Positions 62,443-64,000 of a DNA stretch of 64,000 bases are shown here, piece by piece. Below the pieces are notes generated by a model. That model saw nothing but the letters and a program-made list of their open reading frames with translations, had not been told where the DNA came from and did not search any database. How positions within the stretch are numbered: position 1 is the first letter of the stretch; every line of letters begins with the position of its first letter. Origin of the DNA: an uncultured bacterium (lineage in GTDB: Bacteria > Chloroflexota > Limnocylindria > QHBO01); NCBI GenBank assembly GCA_965652075.1, contig CBFGTN010000005.1, forward strand, positions 766 to 64,765, read 5' to 3'. A program made the translations under genes and the position numbers.

Positions 62443-63093
62443 ATGTTTGACAACACCGCCGAGCTGGTGCTGGTGACGATCGTGTTCGGCGCGATCGGCG
62501 TCGTCTCGGCGACCCGGTTCGCGCTGTCGGTGCTGATGCTCGCGAGCAAGACCTCGCCGTGGCTCAGGGCCCTCGGCTTCGCGGTCGGCACGACCGCGAT
62601 CTTCGCGGCGGCGGCGCTGCTCGGCCTCCTGGGAATCCAGGTCCCGGACGATCGCGACGCGCCGAGATTCGACATCGTGCTGGGCGGGGTGATGATCATC
62701 GTCGCCGTGGCGATGCTCGTCGCACGACGGCGGCCGCGGCCGGTCGACCCACAGCCCGCCAGGCACCCGTTCGCCAGCGCCGCGGGGATCGGCGCCGGTG
62801 TGGCGTTCCAGTCGTTCGGCCGCCTCCTGATCCTGGTGGCGGGCGGCTTCCGAATCGGCGAGCTCAGCGACTCGATCGTGACCGGGCTGAGCGCCGTCGC
62901 GATCATGATCGCGATCTGGCAGGTTCCGGTCTGGGGACCGATGGCGCTCTACGTCTTCCGCCGGTCCCGGTTCGACGCGATCGCCGAGCGCGCTCGCCCG
63001 GCCCTCGATCACGTCGAGAGCGGACCGTTCGGCGCGATCGTCGTCGCCGCCGTCGGCGCCTACCTCCTGATCCGAGGCCTCCAGGGCCTGTAG
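62443..63093 (+). CDS. Integral membrane protein (GAP/LysE-like small transporter fold)
   Basis: 216 aa with 5-6 hydrophobic helices and a central charged loop (ARRRPRPVDPQPARHP). The family call is tentative. Confidence 0.55.
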   Translation: MFDNTAELVLVTIVFGAIGVVSATRFALSVLMLASKTSPWLRALGFAVGTTAIFAAAALLGLLGIQVPDDRDAPRFDIVLGGVMIIVAVAMLVARRRPRPVDPQPARHPFASAAGIGAGVAFQSFGRLLILVAGGFRIGELSDSIVTGLSAVAIMIAIWQVPVWGPMALYVFRRSRFDAIAERARPALDHVESGPFGAIVVAAVGAYLLIRGLQGL

Positions 63094-63105
63094 CGTCCCG
63101 GCCGG

Positions 63106-64000
63106 CTACGCCGCGCCCCTGGGTTGGACCGACGCGATCCACGCCTTGAGCTGGCGATGGACGGCCGGTGCCCCGACCAAGGGCCCCTCGGGCTCGGGCC
63201 AGTCGGACGGGTAGACGAGCGTCGCCCGCGTCTGCCATCCGCCCAGGCCGCCGTGCGACCCGATCAGCTCCTCGAATGCGGCGACCTCGTCGGTCCCCTC
63301 GTCCATGCGGCTGATCAGGGCGAGGTCGCCAACGTGCGCGATCTCGTCGAGCCGGCGGAAGTGCACGATCCCCATCGGGCCGTAGCGCGCGAGCGGGTCC
63401 TCCCCCGTCACCGCGCCGTCCGCGACGCGATGGCTGCCGCCGCTGCCGAGGACGACCGAGCCGTCCGACTCCGTCTTGACGAGCACGAGCCCGACGCCGT
63501 CGTGGGCGACGAGGTCGTCGACCAGTCCGGGGTAGGCACCGTCGATCTGCTCCCTCGTCAGCCGCTCCTCTCCCAGCCCGAAGTAGACCTGCGCGAGGTT
63601 GCCGGAGGCGCATACGACGAGGTCGGGCAGCTCATCGGTCGCTGCCTGTCGCTCCTCGCCCATCTGCCCCACCTCGACGACGCCGTTCCGCGTCTGGTCA
63701 CGCATGACCCGGCGAGCCATGCTCGGCACGGCGCCGTCCGCGGCGCTCACCTCCGTGAGGACGGCGGACAGCTGCCCGAGCTGCTCGGTGTTCGCCTCGG
63801 TTGCGCCGATGGCGACCGGGGCCGCCATCCGATCGCGGAGCCAGTCCTCGATGGTCTGCCCGTACCGCTGCCGGAACGTCGCGCCCTGGCTCTGGCCATG
63901 GTCCGAGACGATGACGATCCGGTACGGCCGCGGACAGGTCTCGACGAGCTTCTCGAGCCGTCCGAGCGCACGGTCGATCCCCTCGAGCGAGTGGATCGCC
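63106..64000 (-). CDS. Alkaline-phosphatase superfamily protein (type I phosphodiesterase/nucleotide pyrophosphatase-like); N-terminal part lies outside the window
   Basis: The frame stays open upstream of the listed ATG (63828) to base 64000. I read ...RLEKLVETCPRPYRIVIVSDHGQSQGATFRQRYGQTIEDWL..., in which SDHGQS is a hallmark. The C-terminus is ELIGSHGGLGGWQ. Confidence 0.65.
   Translation of the reverse strand, partial: AIHSLEGIDRALGRLEKLVETCPRPYRIVIVSDHGQSQGATFRQRYGQTIEDWLRDRMAAPVAIGATEANTEQLGQLSAVLTEVSAADGAVPSMARRVMRDQTRNGVVEVGQMGEERQAATDELPDLVVCASGNLAQVYFGLGEERLTREQIDGAYPGLVDDLVAHDGVGLVLVKTESDGSVVLGSGGSHRVADGAVTGEDPLARYGPMGIVHFRRLDEIAHVGDLALISRMDEGTDEVAAFEELIGSHGGLGGWQTRATLVYPSDWPEPEGPLVGAPAVHRQLKAWIASVQPRGAA

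Noticed and set aside
1-64000. Scanned for CRISPR arrays, rRNA, transposases, toxin-antitoxin pairs, restriction-modification or other defence-system signatures.
   Set aside because: None found. Every ORF with coherent composition is accounted for by envelope biogenesis, housekeeping, xylose metabolism or regulatory functions.

Overview
Very GC-rich 64 kb chromosomal segment. The gene content looks like a monoderm high-GC bacterium (Actinomycetota- or Chloroflexota-like); I cannot place it more precisely. No database search was run, so every product call rests on motifs read from the translations. High GC fills the six-frame track with long Arg/Pro/Gly-rich shadow ORFs, and I re-picked many starts using 4-nt ATGA/GTGA stop-start overlaps and Shine-Dalgarno (SD) sequences.

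Content by region:
- 1-17 kb: a wall/exopolysaccharide locus. It holds a CsaB-like pyruvyl transferase, a PAPS-type sulfotransferase, three MOP flippases, six glycosyltransferases (five clearly GT4, one GT1/GT4-like), an AlgD-like GDP-mannose dehydrogenase plus ppa, and an NDP-sugar module.
- 17-27 kb: glnA; an odd PLP-enzyme/ResB-like/PucR operon; a DUF3048 protein; a GGDEF cyclase divergent from an LCP ligase; wecA/tagO; tRNA-Pro.
- 27.6-36.6 kb: GT4, mazG, a parvulin, a Ppm1-like GT2, and a Wbp-like diacetamido-uronic-acid operon that lacks the aminotransferase.
- 36.6-45.1 kb: four secreted enzymes (S8 protease, CAP protein, GH18, a possible clan-CD peptidase). Each ends in the same Cys-containing triple SLH-like anchor. 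The housekeeping pair rdgB-rph sits between them.
- 45.2-60 kb: mreBC; a xylose regulon (xylAB, xylFHG, ROK-type xylR) with two copies of a 23-bp palindromic operator; and a divergent operon (oxidoreductase, CRTAC1/FG-GAP protein, degenerate M24, mutarotase).
- 60-64 kb: an ECF sigma factor with a long C-terminal extension, SHOCT/DUF6325-like/GAP small genes, and a partial phosphodiesterase.

No CRISPR array, transposase, integrase or recognisable defence genes were seen. The most interesting theme is an apparently complete SLH-SCWP anchoring toolkit with two unusual features: a sulfotransferase coupled to the csaAB-like operon, and a Cys-pair variant of the SLH repeat.
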